Below are positions 37,538 to 46,570 of a DNA stretch of 55,880 nucleotides, in pieces. Source of the stretch: Clostridia bacterium (GTDB taxonomy: Bacteria > Bacillota > Clostridia > Oscillospirales > UBA644); NCBI GenBank assembly GCA_017441125.1, contig JAFSAH010000028.1, positions 1 through 55,880 of the forward strand, given 5' to 3'. A program made the position numbers and the translations under genes. A model generated the notes under the pieces. That model was not told the origin of the DNA. It did no database searches and saw only the letters and a program-made list of their open reading frames with translations. Within the stretch, counting starts at the first letter, position 1; every line of letters starts with the position of its first letter.

Positions 37538-37663
37538 TCAGCAACAAGAGGGAATCTGCTTTTCACAGCAGCAATCATCGTTATCCTTGAATATAATGAA
37601 TAGTATGATAATAGCCACGATGATTATCCACCAATTATCGCCCCAACATCTGGATGAAAACAT
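37538..37663 (-). CDS. 41-aa Cys-rich single-TM peptide (below the ORF-track cutoff)
   Basis: Translation by hand gives MFSSRCWGDNWWIIIVAIIILFIIFKDNDDCCCEKQIPSCC. An AGGAAGGA ribosome-binding site lies about 9 nt upstream of the ATG, and a terminator follows immediately downstream. Confidence 0.55.
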   Translation of the reverse strand: MFSSRCWGDNWWIIIVAIIILFIIFKDNDDCCCEKQIPSCC

Positions 37664-37798
37664 ATCTTCTGATCCTTCCTATAATTTTTTTCGCCGCGGT
37701 CATTAACAAAATATGATTTTTGCAAATTATTGTGAATAATTTGATTTGACGGGAGAAAAAATACAGATACGGAATTTTACTGAAAAGGAAAATCAAAA

Positions 37799-37996
37799 AT
37801 GAATAAAAATATTACAAATTCAGATATACCCTTAGGTCTGGGAATGGCGTTGGCTCAAAATACGGATGCGTTGAAAGCTTTTGGAAAACTGACGATACCT
37901 CAACAGCAGGATTTTATAGAAAACGCCCACAGTATAAGAAGCTCTTCAGACATGAGAGCATACGTGGAAACTCTTACAAAAAACGGGGTCATGTAA
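37799..37996 (+). CDS. Small 65-aa protein resembling the YdeI/OmpD-associated C-terminal helical domain
   Basis: The pattern 'IPLGLGMALAQNTDALKAFGKLTIPQQQDFIENAHSIRS' matches the 'P.dl..AL..n..a...F..l....q.e.i.wi' family pattern recalled from memory. Confidence 0.4.
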   Translation: MNKNITNSDIPLGLGMALAQNTDALKAFGKLTIPQQQDFIENAHSIRSSSDMRAYVETLTKNGVM

Positions 37997-38054
37997 AAAA
38001 CAATATTTAATTTATACCGTCGTAAAAGCGACAAAATGGAGGTCAGCATAAAAA

Positions 38055-38228
38055 ATGAAAAACAAAAACTATACTATTAAAGAAAGATACTGCCCGTCTC
38101 GCGGTGAAAATATAATCGTCAGAGTTGAAGCTTCCATAACTCGTGAGGAGACCTGTCTTTCATGCAACGAAAAAAGCAACTGCACGGAATGTATCTTGGG
38201 ATTAAACAAAAAGAAGTCGGAGAATTAG
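38055..38228 (+). CDS. 57-aa Cys-rich small protein (possible zinc ribbon), below the ORF-track cutoff
   Basis: Hand translation gives MKNKNYTIKERYCPSRGENIIVRVEASITREETCLSCNEKSNCTECILGLNKKKSEN. A GGAGG site lies 11 nt upstream. Confidence 0.35.
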   Translation: MKNKNYTIKERYCPSRGENIIVRVEASITREETCLSCNEKSNCTECILGLNKKKSEN

Positions 38229-38351
38229 GCAAAAAACAGAACTTCATAAATAAAATTTTTCAAATATTTCAATTTCAGCATATGGCGTTTTTTATATAAT
38301 TATGATATAATAATTAAAAGCACTAATTTAACCTAACAGGAAATATAAAAA

Positions 38352-39695
38352 ATGACCATAAATTTAAAGAACCGCTGTTTATCATTTTTAATGATAATAG
38401 TTTTTTTAATTACAACCGTATTTGCCTCTGTATGCATCAATGCAGAGGAGGATTCCTCATTGGAAACCATAGCAAACAACGCTATTATTTTCAATGCAGA
38501 TACGGGATATGAGCTTTACGCGAAAAATGCAGACGATTACGTATACTGCGCATTTTTGCCCAGATTGATGACCTGTATCTTGCTTATGGAATCGGGAATA
38601 AACCTCGAAACACAAGTAACCATAACTTCCGAAATGCTGAAAAACACTCCCGAAAAAAGCTCCGCGAATCTTGAGGTCGGAAACGTCATTTCTCTCCGTG
38701 ATCTTATGAAATGCGTCCTCGTGTCAAATTCTCAGGAATGTGCTGTTGCCATTGCCACTACCGTTGCGGGAACCTTGAATAATTTCGTTGCTCAAATGAA
38801 CGCTCGCGCGGCAGAGCTGGGCGCAACAAAAACGACTTTTACAAACGTCACAGGATATTATACTACGGGAACACGTCAATTGACAACCGCCAGAGACATT
38901 GCCAAAATAATAACCCACGCATTGTCTCTTGACTACATAGAAGACTATTCAAACAGCAGAATGATAACCTTTTCTGTGGGAAAATCCAGCAGAACGATGT
39001 TTACAAAAAATCTGTTGATAGATACAAACAGCGCCTACTATTCAAAAAGAGCTACGGGCCTTGCAATTTCAGGTAATCAGGAACAGGGCTTCGCTCTTGC
39101 AAGCATGGCTACAAACAAGAACATGAGATTGGTTTCCATAGCAATCGGGAATACGTCTTTTGCAGATATTCTTACAGACGTGGCAAATATGCTGACGTTT
39201 TCCGTAAATGAATACGCTTACAGAACCTTGGTCTTGGCTAATGCTCCGATTACCGAAATCGAAGTGGTTTTGGGAAAAGACAGAGACTATATAACCTCTG
39301 TGGCGGAAAAGACTCTTGAGGTTTCTTTGCCAAAAAGCATTAAGGATGAAGATATTCTTCATATATACAATGTTCCCGATTCCATAGAGGCTCCCATATT
39401 AAAAGGTCAGCAGATCGGAACAGCGGAATACTATTACAACGGAACGTTGCTTGGAACCGTTAACCTCTTGGCGCAGACAGACGTTGCTTTGGATATCGTC
39501 GGACAGTATACGGGATATATATCAGATTTCTTCAAAAACCCAATCGTCTGGACAGTATTCTTTATAATTCTGATCATAATTATCGGATATACCGTCGGCG
39601 TTTTCATTGCAAATAAAAGAAGAATACGTGAGGAGCTCCGAAAGAGAAGAGACAGAGTTAAAATAACAGAAAAGAAAAAGGCTAAGAAAAAATAA
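38352..39695 (+). CDS. PBP5/S11 D,D-carboxypeptidase homologue with all three active-site motifs substituted (probable pseudoenzyme)
   Basis: Signal/TM N-terminus. It aligns along its length with the 27780-29213 paralogue, but SxxK reads 'AFLPRLM', SxN reads 'VSNSQE' and KTG reads 'AISGN'. The C-terminal TM is followed by the basic tail 'KRRIREELRKRRDR'. Confidence 0.75.
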   Translation: MTINLKNRCLSFLMIIVFLITTVFASVCINAEEDSSLETIANNAIIFNADTGYELYAKNADDYVYCAFLPRLMTCILLMESGINLETQVTITSEMLKNTPEKSSANLEVGNVISLRDLMKCVLVSNSQECAVAIATTVAGTLNNFVAQMNARAAELGATKTTFTNVTGYYTTGTRQLTTARDIAKIITHALSLDYIEDYSNSRMITFSVGKSSRTMFTKNLLIDTNSAYYSKRATGLAISGNQEQGFALASMATNKNMRLVSIAIGNTSFADILTDVANMLTFSVNEYAYRTLVLANAPITEIEVVLGKDRDYITSVAEKTLEVSLPKSIKDEDILHIYNVPDSIEAPILKGQQIGTAEYYYNGTLLGTVNLLAQTDVALDIVGQYTGYISDFFKNPIVWTVFFIILIIIIGYTVGVFIANKRRIREELRKRRDRVKITEKKKAKKK

Positions 39696-39764
39696 AATAC
39701 AAGAGGTACTTTCATATAATAAGAGTCTTTATTTTGAAGAATTTAGTAACTTTTACATAATGGC

Positions 39765-39794
39765 TTGACAAAGAGCCTCAAATAATGGTATAAT
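39765..39794 (+). promoter_or_regulatory. Near-consensus sigma-A promoter for serC-serA
   Basis: TTGACA (39765-39770), an 18-nt spacer ending in TGG (extended -10 TGn), then TATAAT (39789-39794). Confidence 0.65.
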
Positions 39795-39834
39795 AATTTA
39801 AATCATTAAATTTAAACGTTTAATGATTTAAATT
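39795..39834 (+). promoter_or_regulatory. Perfect 16-bp inverted repeat immediately after the -10 box (operator or 5'-UTR hairpin)
   Basis: AATTTAAATCATTAAA (39795-39810) pairs with TTTAATGATTTAAATT (39819-39834) around an 8-nt loop, followed by ATTTTTT. Confidence 0.6.
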
Positions 39835-39868
39835 ATTTTTTATATATCAAAATAGGAGGATATTTCTC

Positions 39869-40951
39869 ATGAAAAGAGTTTATAACTTTTCAGCAGGTCC
39901 ATCAGTATTGCCTGAAGCAGTTTTGGAAAAAGCACAAAGTGAAATGCTTTGTTACGGAGATAGCGGCATGTCCGTTATGGAGATGAGCCATCGATCTAAA
40001 GCTTATGAGAGCATTATTAAAGAAGCTGAAGCCCTGCTCCGTGAAATTATGAACATTCCGGACAACTACAAAGTATTATTTCTTCAGGGAGGAGCATCTT
40101 CCCAATTTTCGATGATTCCCCTCAACCTGATGAAGAAAAAGAAGATCGACCTTGTTCTCACAGGTATGTGGGCTAAAAAGGCGTGCGACGAAGCTTCCCG
40201 TTACGGTGAAGTAAATGTTGTTGCATCTTCAAAAGACAAGACTTACAACTATATTCCCGAAATTGACAGTTCTAAGCTCAATCCCGATGCAGACTATTTC
40301 TATATCTGCCAGAACAACACAATTTACGGTACAAGAATCAAGAACCTTCCCGACACAGGCAATGTTCCTTTGGTTGCAGACCTTTCTTCCTGCATCCTCA
40401 GCGAACCCATTGATGTTTCCAAGTACGGCATTATTTTCGCAGGCGCACAGAAAAACATGGGTCCCGCAGGCTTGACAGTTGTTATTATCCGCGAAGATCT
40501 TATTACTGAAGCTATGGATATTACTCCCGTAATGTTCAAATATCAGCTTCATGCTGATAACGGTTCCATGTATAACACACCTCCCACATATGCTATTTAT
40601 GTATGCAAGCTCGTTCTTGAATGGATAAAGAACCTTGGCGGACTCGAAAAAATGGCGGAGATCAACTATAAGAAAGCAGAAATGGTTTACAACTTCCTTG
40701 ATAATTCCGAAATGTTCAGTGCAACAGTTTCAAATGCTGACGACCGTTCTATCATGAACATTCCCTTTGTTACAGGAAACGAAGAGCTTGATGCTAAATT
40801 CGTTAAAGAAGCAACAGCAGCAGGTCTTGTTAACCTCAAAGGCCACCGTTCAGTTGGCGGTATGAGAGCAAGTATCTACAATGCTATGCCCATTGAAGGC
40901 GTAGAAAAGCTTGTTGAATTCATGGCTGAATTTGAAAAGAACAATAAGTAA
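39869..40951 (+). CDS. serC: Phosphoserine aminotransferase
   Basis: 'YNFSAGPSVLP' and the PLP lysine motif 'AGAQKNMGPAG'. A GGAGGA ribosome-binding site is present. Confidence 0.93.
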   Translation: MKRVYNFSAGPSVLPEAVLEKAQSEMLCYGDSGMSVMEMSHRSKAYESIIKEAEALLREIMNIPDNYKVLFLQGGASSQFSMIPLNLMKKKKIDLVLTGMWAKKACDEASRYGEVNVVASSKDKTYNYIPEIDSSKLNPDADYFYICQNNTIYGTRIKNLPDTGNVPLVADLSSCILSEPIDVSKYGIIFAGAQKNMGPAGLTVVIIREDLITEAMDITPVMFKYQLHADNGSMYNTPPTYAIYVCKLVLEWIKNLGGLEKMAEINYKKAEMVYNFLDNSEMFSATVSNADDRSIMNIPFVTGNEELDAKFVKEATAAGLVNLKGHRSVGGMRASIYNAMPIEGVEKLVEFMAEFEKNNK

Positions 40952-40964
40952 GGACTTGAACACT

Positions 40965-42146
40965 ATGTATAAAATTAAAACTCTCAATAAGATCTCTAAA
41001 GTAGGTCTTGCAAACCTCGATCTTACAAAATATACTTGCGGTGACAACGAAGATGCTGCTGACGGTATTCTCGTTCGTTCCGCTGCTATGCATGACTACG
41101 AATTCAATCCCGAGCTTAAGGGTATTGCACGTGCAGGCGCAGGCGTTAACAATATCCCCCTTGACAGATGTACAGAAGCAGGTATTGCAGTTTTCAATAC
41201 ACCCGGCGCAAACGCAAACGGCGTTAAGGAACTTGCAGTATGCGGTATGCTTCTTGCTTGCCGTGACGTTATCGGCGGTGTTAATTGGGTAAAAGCAAAC
41301 AAAGACGAAGAAGGCATTGCTAAACTCGTTGAAAAAGAAAAATCCAAGTTCGCAGGCACAGAAGTTGCAGGTAAAACTCTCGGTATCATCGGTCTCGGCG
41401 CTATCGGCGGTCCTCTTGCAAACGCTGCAGTGGCTCTTGGTATGAAGGTTATCGGTTGCGACCCCTATATGTCAGTTGATGCTGCTCTTAAGATCAACAG
41501 CGCAGTAACAAAGGTTGAAACCAGAGAAGAAATCTTCGCTAAATCCGATTTCATCTCCGTTCATACACCTCTTATCGACAATGCTGACCCCAAAATCAGA
41601 ACAAAGCACATGATCAATAAAGAAACTATCTCTCTCATGAAGGACGGCGTTATCGTTCTTAACTTTGCCCGTGACGCTCTTGTTAATGATGACGATATGG
41701 AAGAAGCGCTTAAATCCGGTAAGGTTAGACGCTACGTAACAGACTTCCCCAATGCGCGTACAGCAGGCATGGAAGGCGTTATAGCTATTCCTCACCTCGG
41801 AGCATCCACAGAAGAATCTGAAGACAACTGCGCAGTAATGGCAGTTAAAGAGCTCACAGACTTCATTGAAAACGGTAATACCGTTAACAGTGTTAACTTC
41901 CCCAATGTTTCTTGCGAAAGAAGCAACGGCACAAGAATCTGTGTTCTTCATAAAAATATCCCCAACATGATCAGCACAATGGCTTCCGCTTGCGGCGAAC
42001 TCAGCCTTAACATCGAACATATGCAGAGTAAGAGTAAGGGAGATATCTCCTACGCTATCATCGATCTCTCTGAAAAAATAGATGCGGCAGCAATCGTTGC
42101 TAAGCTTCAGGCTGTTGACGGCATTATGAACGTATCTGTAAGATAA
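40965..42146 (+). CDS. serA: D-3-phosphoglycerate dehydrogenase with a C-terminal ACT domain
   Basis: NAD-binding motif 'GIIGLGAIGG', 'HLGASTEE' and an ACT-like tail. I prefer the ATG at 40965 (MYKIKTLNKIS) over the track start at 40911, which overlaps serC. Confidence 0.9.
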   Translation: MYKIKTLNKISKVGLANLDLTKYTCGDNEDAADGILVRSAAMHDYEFNPELKGIARAGAGVNNIPLDRCTEAGIAVFNTPGANANGVKELAVCGMLLACRDVIGGVNWVKANKDEEGIAKLVEKEKSKFAGTEVAGKTLGIIGLGAIGGPLANAAVALGMKVIGCDPYMSVDAALKINSAVTKVETREEIFAKSDFISVHTPLIDNADPKIRTKHMINKETISLMKDGVIVLNFARDALVNDDDMEEALKSGKVRRYVTDFPNARTAGMEGVIAIPHLGASTEESEDNCAVMAVKELTDFIENGNTVNSVNFPNVSCERSNGTRICVLHKNIPNMISTMASACGELSLNIEHMQSKSKGDISYAIIDLSEKIDAAAIVAKLQAVDGIMNVSVR

Positions 42147-42168
42147 TTGAAACAATCAAATAAAAATT

Positions 42169-42213
42169 AATCAGCGGGAAAAGTTTTTCATAAAAAGGCT
42201 TTTCCCGCTGATT
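42169..42213. terminator. Bidirectional terminator between convergent serA and tgt
   Basis: AATCAGCGGGAAAAG (42169-42183) pairs with CTTTTCCCGCTGATT (42199-42213). Confidence 0.8.
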
Positions 42214-42224
42214 CTTATATAATT

Positions 42225-43355
42225 TTATATTCTTTTACCGTATACAAGTCGTTTTTCCTGATAAAAATCTTCAAAAGTACCGTTTTCCAAATGATAACGG
42301 ATATCTTCCATAAGCTTATTGTAAAAACGAAGGTTATGCATTACCGCAAGTCTCATACCGAGCATCTCCCCTGCTTTAAACAAATGACGGAGATATGCTT
42401 TGGTGTGGCTTTGGCAAAGAGGACAGTCACAGTTCTCATCAAGCGGAGTAAAATCCTGCGAATATTTTTCATTCATGATGTTAATTATGCCCTTGCTTGT
42501 GAAAAGATGTCCGTGACGCGCATTTCTGCTTGGCATTACGCAGTCAAAAAAATCTACGCCTCTATGTACTGCCTCAAGAATGTTTACGGGAGTTCCGACG
42601 CCCATAAGATAACGAACCTTGTTTTCGGGCATGAAGGGTTCAACCGCTTCAATTATACGGTACATTTCTTCCGCAGATTCACCCACAGCAAGTCCACCGA
42701 TAGCGTAACCGTCAAGTCCCATAGCTGCAATATCTCTCATATGACGGGCTCTGAGGTCCTCGTAGGTACTTCCCTGATTTATACCGAAAAGAAGCTGGTT
42801 GGGATTTACGGCGTCTCCTGACGCGTTTAAACGCACCATTTCTGTCTGACACCGGGCAAGCCATCTGTAGGTTCTTTCAATTGAACGGCGAGTATATTCA
42901 TATTCGGCGGGATTTTCTATACATTCATCAAAAGCCATTGCTATCGTTGAACCGAGGTTGGACTGTATCTGCATACTTTCTTCGGGTCCCATAAATATCT
43001 TTCTGCCGTCAATATGAGAACTAAAAGTAACGCCCTCTTCTTTGATTTTACGAAGTCCCGCAAGTGAAAATACCTGAAAGCCGCCGCTGTCGGTCAGAGT
43101 TGGGCGTTTCCAACCTGTAAAACCCTGTAAGCCGCCTGCATTGTGCACAAGCTTGTCTCCGGGACGAAGATGTAAATGATATGTATTGCAGAGCATTATC
43201 TGACAGCCCACAGACTCAAGGTCGAAGGCTGAAACCCCACCCTTTATTGCCGCAGCAGTTGCTACATTCATGAAAAGAGGAGTCTTTACAGTACCGTGAA
43301 CCGTCTCAAATTTTCCGAGACGGGCATTCCCCTGTTTTTTTATAAGTGTAAACAT
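42225..43355 (-). CDS. tgt: Queuine tRNA-ribosyltransferase
   Basis: 'RLGKFETVHGTVKTPLFMNV', 'TDSGGFQVFS' and the zinc site 'CDCPLCQ...H'. Confidence 0.95.
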   Translation of the reverse strand: MFTLIKKQGNARLGKFETVHGTVKTPLFMNVATAAAIKGGVSAFDLESVGCQIMLCNTYHLHLRPGDKLVHNAGGLQGFTGWKRPTLTDSGGFQVFSLAGLRKIKEEGVTFSSHIDGRKIFMGPEESMQIQSNLGSTIAMAFDECIENPAEYEYTRRSIERTYRWLARCQTEMVRLNASGDAVNPNQLLFGINQGSTYEDLRARHMRDIAAMGLDGYAIGGLAVGESAEEMYRIIEAVEPFMPENKVRYLMGVGTPVNILEAVHRGVDFFDCVMPSRNARHGHLFTSKGIINIMNEKYSQDFTPLDENCDCPLCQSHTKAYLRHLFKAGEMLGMRLAVMHNLRFYNKLMEDIRYHLENGTFEDFYQEKRLVYGKRI

Positions 43356-43364
43356 AATGATTTC

Positions 43365-45095
43365 CTATTCATCTTTTTCGGCAGTATCAACATATGCCGT
43401 TTTGTAGTTTGTGTAAATAACCATTCCCGGCTTTGCTCCCGAGGGCTTTTTGACATAACGGACTTCCGCGTAATCCACCGCAACCTGTTTACCGTTTGCC
43501 TTGCTGTTTGTTGCGGCAAGAACAGCCGCTTCCGTCAAGGTGGAATCGGGAACGACCTCGCCGTTTGCGGAAACTACAACATGAGAACCGGGGTAATTTT
43601 TAACATGGAACCAAATATCGTGCTTATCTGCAAATTTCAGCGTTAAATAGTCATTTTGTATATTATTTTTACCGTAGTAAATTGTAAATCCGTCAGATGA
43701 TATTGTTTTTTCAAGTTTTACGGATTCCTGTTTTTTAGGCTTTTTACCGTTATTTTTCTGTTTTTGAAGCTTGTTTTTCAGATAACCGCTTTGGGAAAGC
43801 TCCTTACGTATCTCGTCTGCATCCTCTCTGTTTTTGACACGGAGAAGTTCTTCAAAAACGCTGTCAATATATTTCAGCTCATCTTCTGATTCCAAAATCT
43901 GAGCCGCTAAAATCTCTTTTGCACTTTGGGCTTTTTTATACTTTTTATAATAATACTGTGCATTCTGTGCGGGAGTCAGTCTTTCATCCAACGGGACCTC
44001 TTCTTCCGCAGGAGGGTCAACGCTGTAATCCGTAAGCAAGGCTTTAGTCATGCCTTGTTTTATTTTATAGATTTCGGAGGTTATCATATCCCCGTAAGTC
44101 TTATAAATTATAGCCTTTTCGCTTTCGGAAAGCTCTTCGCACTGAATTTCGATCTTACGCAACAGACGAGTTTGAGCATTGATCAAAACCCTTGAAATAT
44201 CAGAGGTTATACGCTTTGTGTGCTCTGCTTCGTCTTTTTCAATGTAAAACTTATCCAATGCAGCAGAGCAGGTATTTGTTTCAATGACAGGATAAATAAA
44301 GCCGTACTGTCTTATTGAGAAGCAGTAGAACTCATTGGCTTTGGGAATAACACAAGGCTTATATGAATGCTCCGCCAGCTGGGTTTTGAACCTTTTAAGC
44401 TGCTCAACAAATCTTTCGCGCTGTTCAGCGGTGAACTTGCATAAAGGAAGATTTGTATCTCCCGTTGCGAGGAAAGTCAATTCCCTTACCAGAAGAGGAG
44501 AAAAGCCCTGATACTTATCCAAAAGGTATTTGTCTGCGCGCTTTTCAGAGGTAAAATCAATATTAAATTCCGAATCATCAAGAATCGATATTTTATCCTG
44601 TCCGGGAGGCATTTTATAATAAATACCCGGCAGCAACTGTCTTTTTGAAGAGGTAGTATAATCTACCTGCTTTATTGCATCATGGATAAGATACTCTCTG
44701 TCCGTAAGGATTATGTTGCTTGTTCTGCCCATAATTTCAATAATCAATTTCTTTTGAGTAATATCAAACATCTCCGTCGTACACTCAAAAGTGATCTCTA
44801 CGGTACGCTCAAAGCCTTTTTGCTCAATGGAAACTATCTTTGAAGGCATAAGGTGTTTACGAAGAAGCATACAGAAATTCGGTGCAAAAGCAGGATTTTC
44901 CTTTGTAACTTCGGTAAGATGTATTCTCGAAGAAGAAGGGTTTGCGGACAGTAACAGCTTGAAATTTCCGTTATTTCGTATGTTCAACACTATTTCGTCC
45001 TTTTCGGGCTGAAGGACTTTATCAACCCTGCCGCCCACAAGAGTATCGGAAAGCTCTTTTGTGAGAGCATGAATCATTATACCGTCAGATGGCAT
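43365..45095 (-). CDS. rqcH: NFACT-family ribosome quality-control protein (RqcH / FbpA-like)
   Basis: N-terminal NFACT-N region 'LTKELSDTLVGGRVDKVLQPEKDEIVLNIR', a coiled-coil middle, and the C-terminal NFACT-R region 'DIWFHVKNYPGSHVVV'. Confidence 0.88.
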   Translation of the reverse strand: MPSDGIMIHALTKELSDTLVGGRVDKVLQPEKDEIVLNIRNNGNFKLLLSANPSSSRIHLTEVTKENPAFAPNFCMLLRKHLMPSKIVSIEQKGFERTVEITFECTTEMFDITQKKLIIEIMGRTSNIILTDREYLIHDAIKQVDYTTSSKRQLLPGIYYKMPPGQDKISILDDSEFNIDFTSEKRADKYLLDKYQGFSPLLVRELTFLATGDTNLPLCKFTAEQRERFVEQLKRFKTQLAEHSYKPCVIPKANEFYCFSIRQYGFIYPVIETNTCSAALDKFYIEKDEAEHTKRITSDISRVLINAQTRLLRKIEIQCEELSESEKAIIYKTYGDMITSEIYKIKQGMTKALLTDYSVDPPAEEEVPLDERLTPAQNAQYYYKKYKKAQSAKEILAAQILESEDELKYIDSVFEELLRVKNREDADEIRKELSQSGYLKNKLQKQKNNGKKPKKQESVKLEKTISSDGFTIYYGKNNIQNDYLTLKFADKHDIWFHVKNYPGSHVVVSANGEVVPDSTLTEAAVLAATNSKANGKQVAVDYAEVRYVKKPSGAKPGMVIYTNYKTAYVDTAEKDE

Positions 45096-45113
45096 ACAGT
45101 CTCCTAAATATAA

Positions 45114-45872
45114 TTAAACTTTTTCTGTAAATTTGCAGTTGAAGATCTCCACAGTAACGTCGTGTAATGTGGAAAGCATGTAATCTTTAAGCGGTTCCAA
45201 AACAACATTCTCCGTATGGTAATGACCCGCAACAACAAGGTTCATTCCCATTTCGAGGGCTTCTGAAAAATGGTTGTATTTTGCCTCTCCTGTTACAAGA
45301 GTATCAGCCCCCGCTTTTTTCGCGTCAAGAAGAGCCCCTCCGCCTGAACCTCCAACAACGCAAACATTTTTTACGGGAGATTTACCCGAAAATTCAACGC
45401 CGTCAGCACCGAGAGCAATTTTTACATAAAGAGCAAATGAACGAATATCAGTTTCTGCGATACTTCCTATACGCGCCAATCCTAACTCTTCGGGATCTTC
45501 GCTTTCAACGGATTGAATATCGGAAAGTCCCAATTTCAACGCCAAAGCATCGTTTACACCACCTTCGGCCTTATCAAGATTTGTATGCGCTGAAATTACT
45601 GAAATGTCATTTCTTATAAGCATATACTGAATCGATTCGTCAGAAATTCTTTTCATCGGATTGAAAATTACAGGGTGGTGCGAAACTATAAGCTCTGCGC
45701 CGATACTTATTGCTTTTTCAACGGCTTCACGGGTAACGTCCAACGTCAGAAGGATTTTTGACACCTTTTTATTTTTACCTCCCACAAGAATTCCCGTGTT
45801 ATCAAAGCCCATTGACGTATCAAAGGGAGCAAGAACATCAAGAAAATATAAAACATCATTTACGTTTGACAT
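45114..45872 (-). CDS. Nif3-like dinuclear metal centre protein (YqfO family)
   Basis: 'GFDNTGILVG', 'LIVSHHPVIF', 'ISAHTNLD' and 'AGHYHTE'. Confidence 0.88.
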   Translation of the reverse strand: MSNVNDVLYFLDVLAPFDTSMGFDNTGILVGGKNKKVSKILLTLDVTREAVEKAISIGAELIVSHHPVIFNPMKRISDESIQYMLIRNDISVISAHTNLDKAEGGVNDALALKLGLSDIQSVESEDPEELGLARIGSIAETDIRSFALYVKIALGADGVEFSGKSPVKNVCVVGGSGGGALLDAKKAGADTLVTGEAKYNHFSEALEMGMNLVVAGHYHTENVVLEPLKDYMLSTLHDVTVEIFNCKFTEKV

Positions 45873-45883
45873 GGTTTTTTCCT

Positions 45884-46570
45884 CTAATTATTCTTTATAA
45901 GTTCAAGAATTTTGCCGTATTCGTAAAGCCTTTTTTCAACCTCGGCAATTTCTTCTGTTTTCGGGGTATTTGAATTTTTAAGTCCCTCAAGGGTTCTGCT
46001 TTCCTTGCGGATATACTTCATTATATATGCTTCCGCATCGGCGCTTTTTTTACTGCAAAAGGCAGGAGAAGCAAGAATATCTCTAAATGTCCACGTTGCC
46101 GACTCCCCGCTTTCCGCAGTTATAACGGTATATACGTGACCCGGCTCGGAGACCGCAGTTTCATCGGTAATTTTGAAGCCGTGCGTATACAGATATTCGC
46201 GGAGCTTCACTTCTTCCGTCATTGGTTGAAGAACCAATTTCACATTTTGGGGAAGCTTTTTTGCTTCCAATATGGAAACGATAGTTTCTCCGCCCATTCC
46301 CGCAATAACGAGACAGTCATAATCTCCGGGGATATTACGGATTCCGTCGCTCAGATAAGTTTCCGCAACGGCAGAAAATCCGTTCTCCTCTATGGTTGAT
46401 TTTGCGCGGGCAAGGGGCTGCTCTCTTATATCTGAAGCGTACGCCTTTTCGCAAAGGGAATTTTGCAGCATATAAACGGGAATATATCCGTGATCCGTAC
46501 CCACGTCAGCAAGTATTTTACACTTACCTGCCGCATCAGCCACGGTTTGAAGTCGAGGTGAAAGCTTCAT
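45884..46570 (-). CDS. trmK: tRNA (adenine22-N1)-methyltransferase
   Basis: 'LSPRLQTVA...ADVGTDHGYIPVYM' and 'IAGMGGETI'. It lies upstream of nif3, as in the Bacillus yqfN-yqfO arrangement. Confidence 0.85.
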   Translation of the reverse strand: MKLSPRLQTVADAAGKCKILADVGTDHGYIPVYMLQNSLCEKAYASDIREQPLARAKSTIEENGFSAVAETYLSDGIRNIPGDYDCLVIAGMGGETIVSILEAKKLPQNVKLVLQPMTEEVKLREYLYTHGFKITDETAVSEPGHVYTVITAESGESATWTFRDILASPAFCSKKSADAEAYIMKYIRKESRTLEGLKNSNTPKTEEIAEVEKRLYEYGKILELIKNN

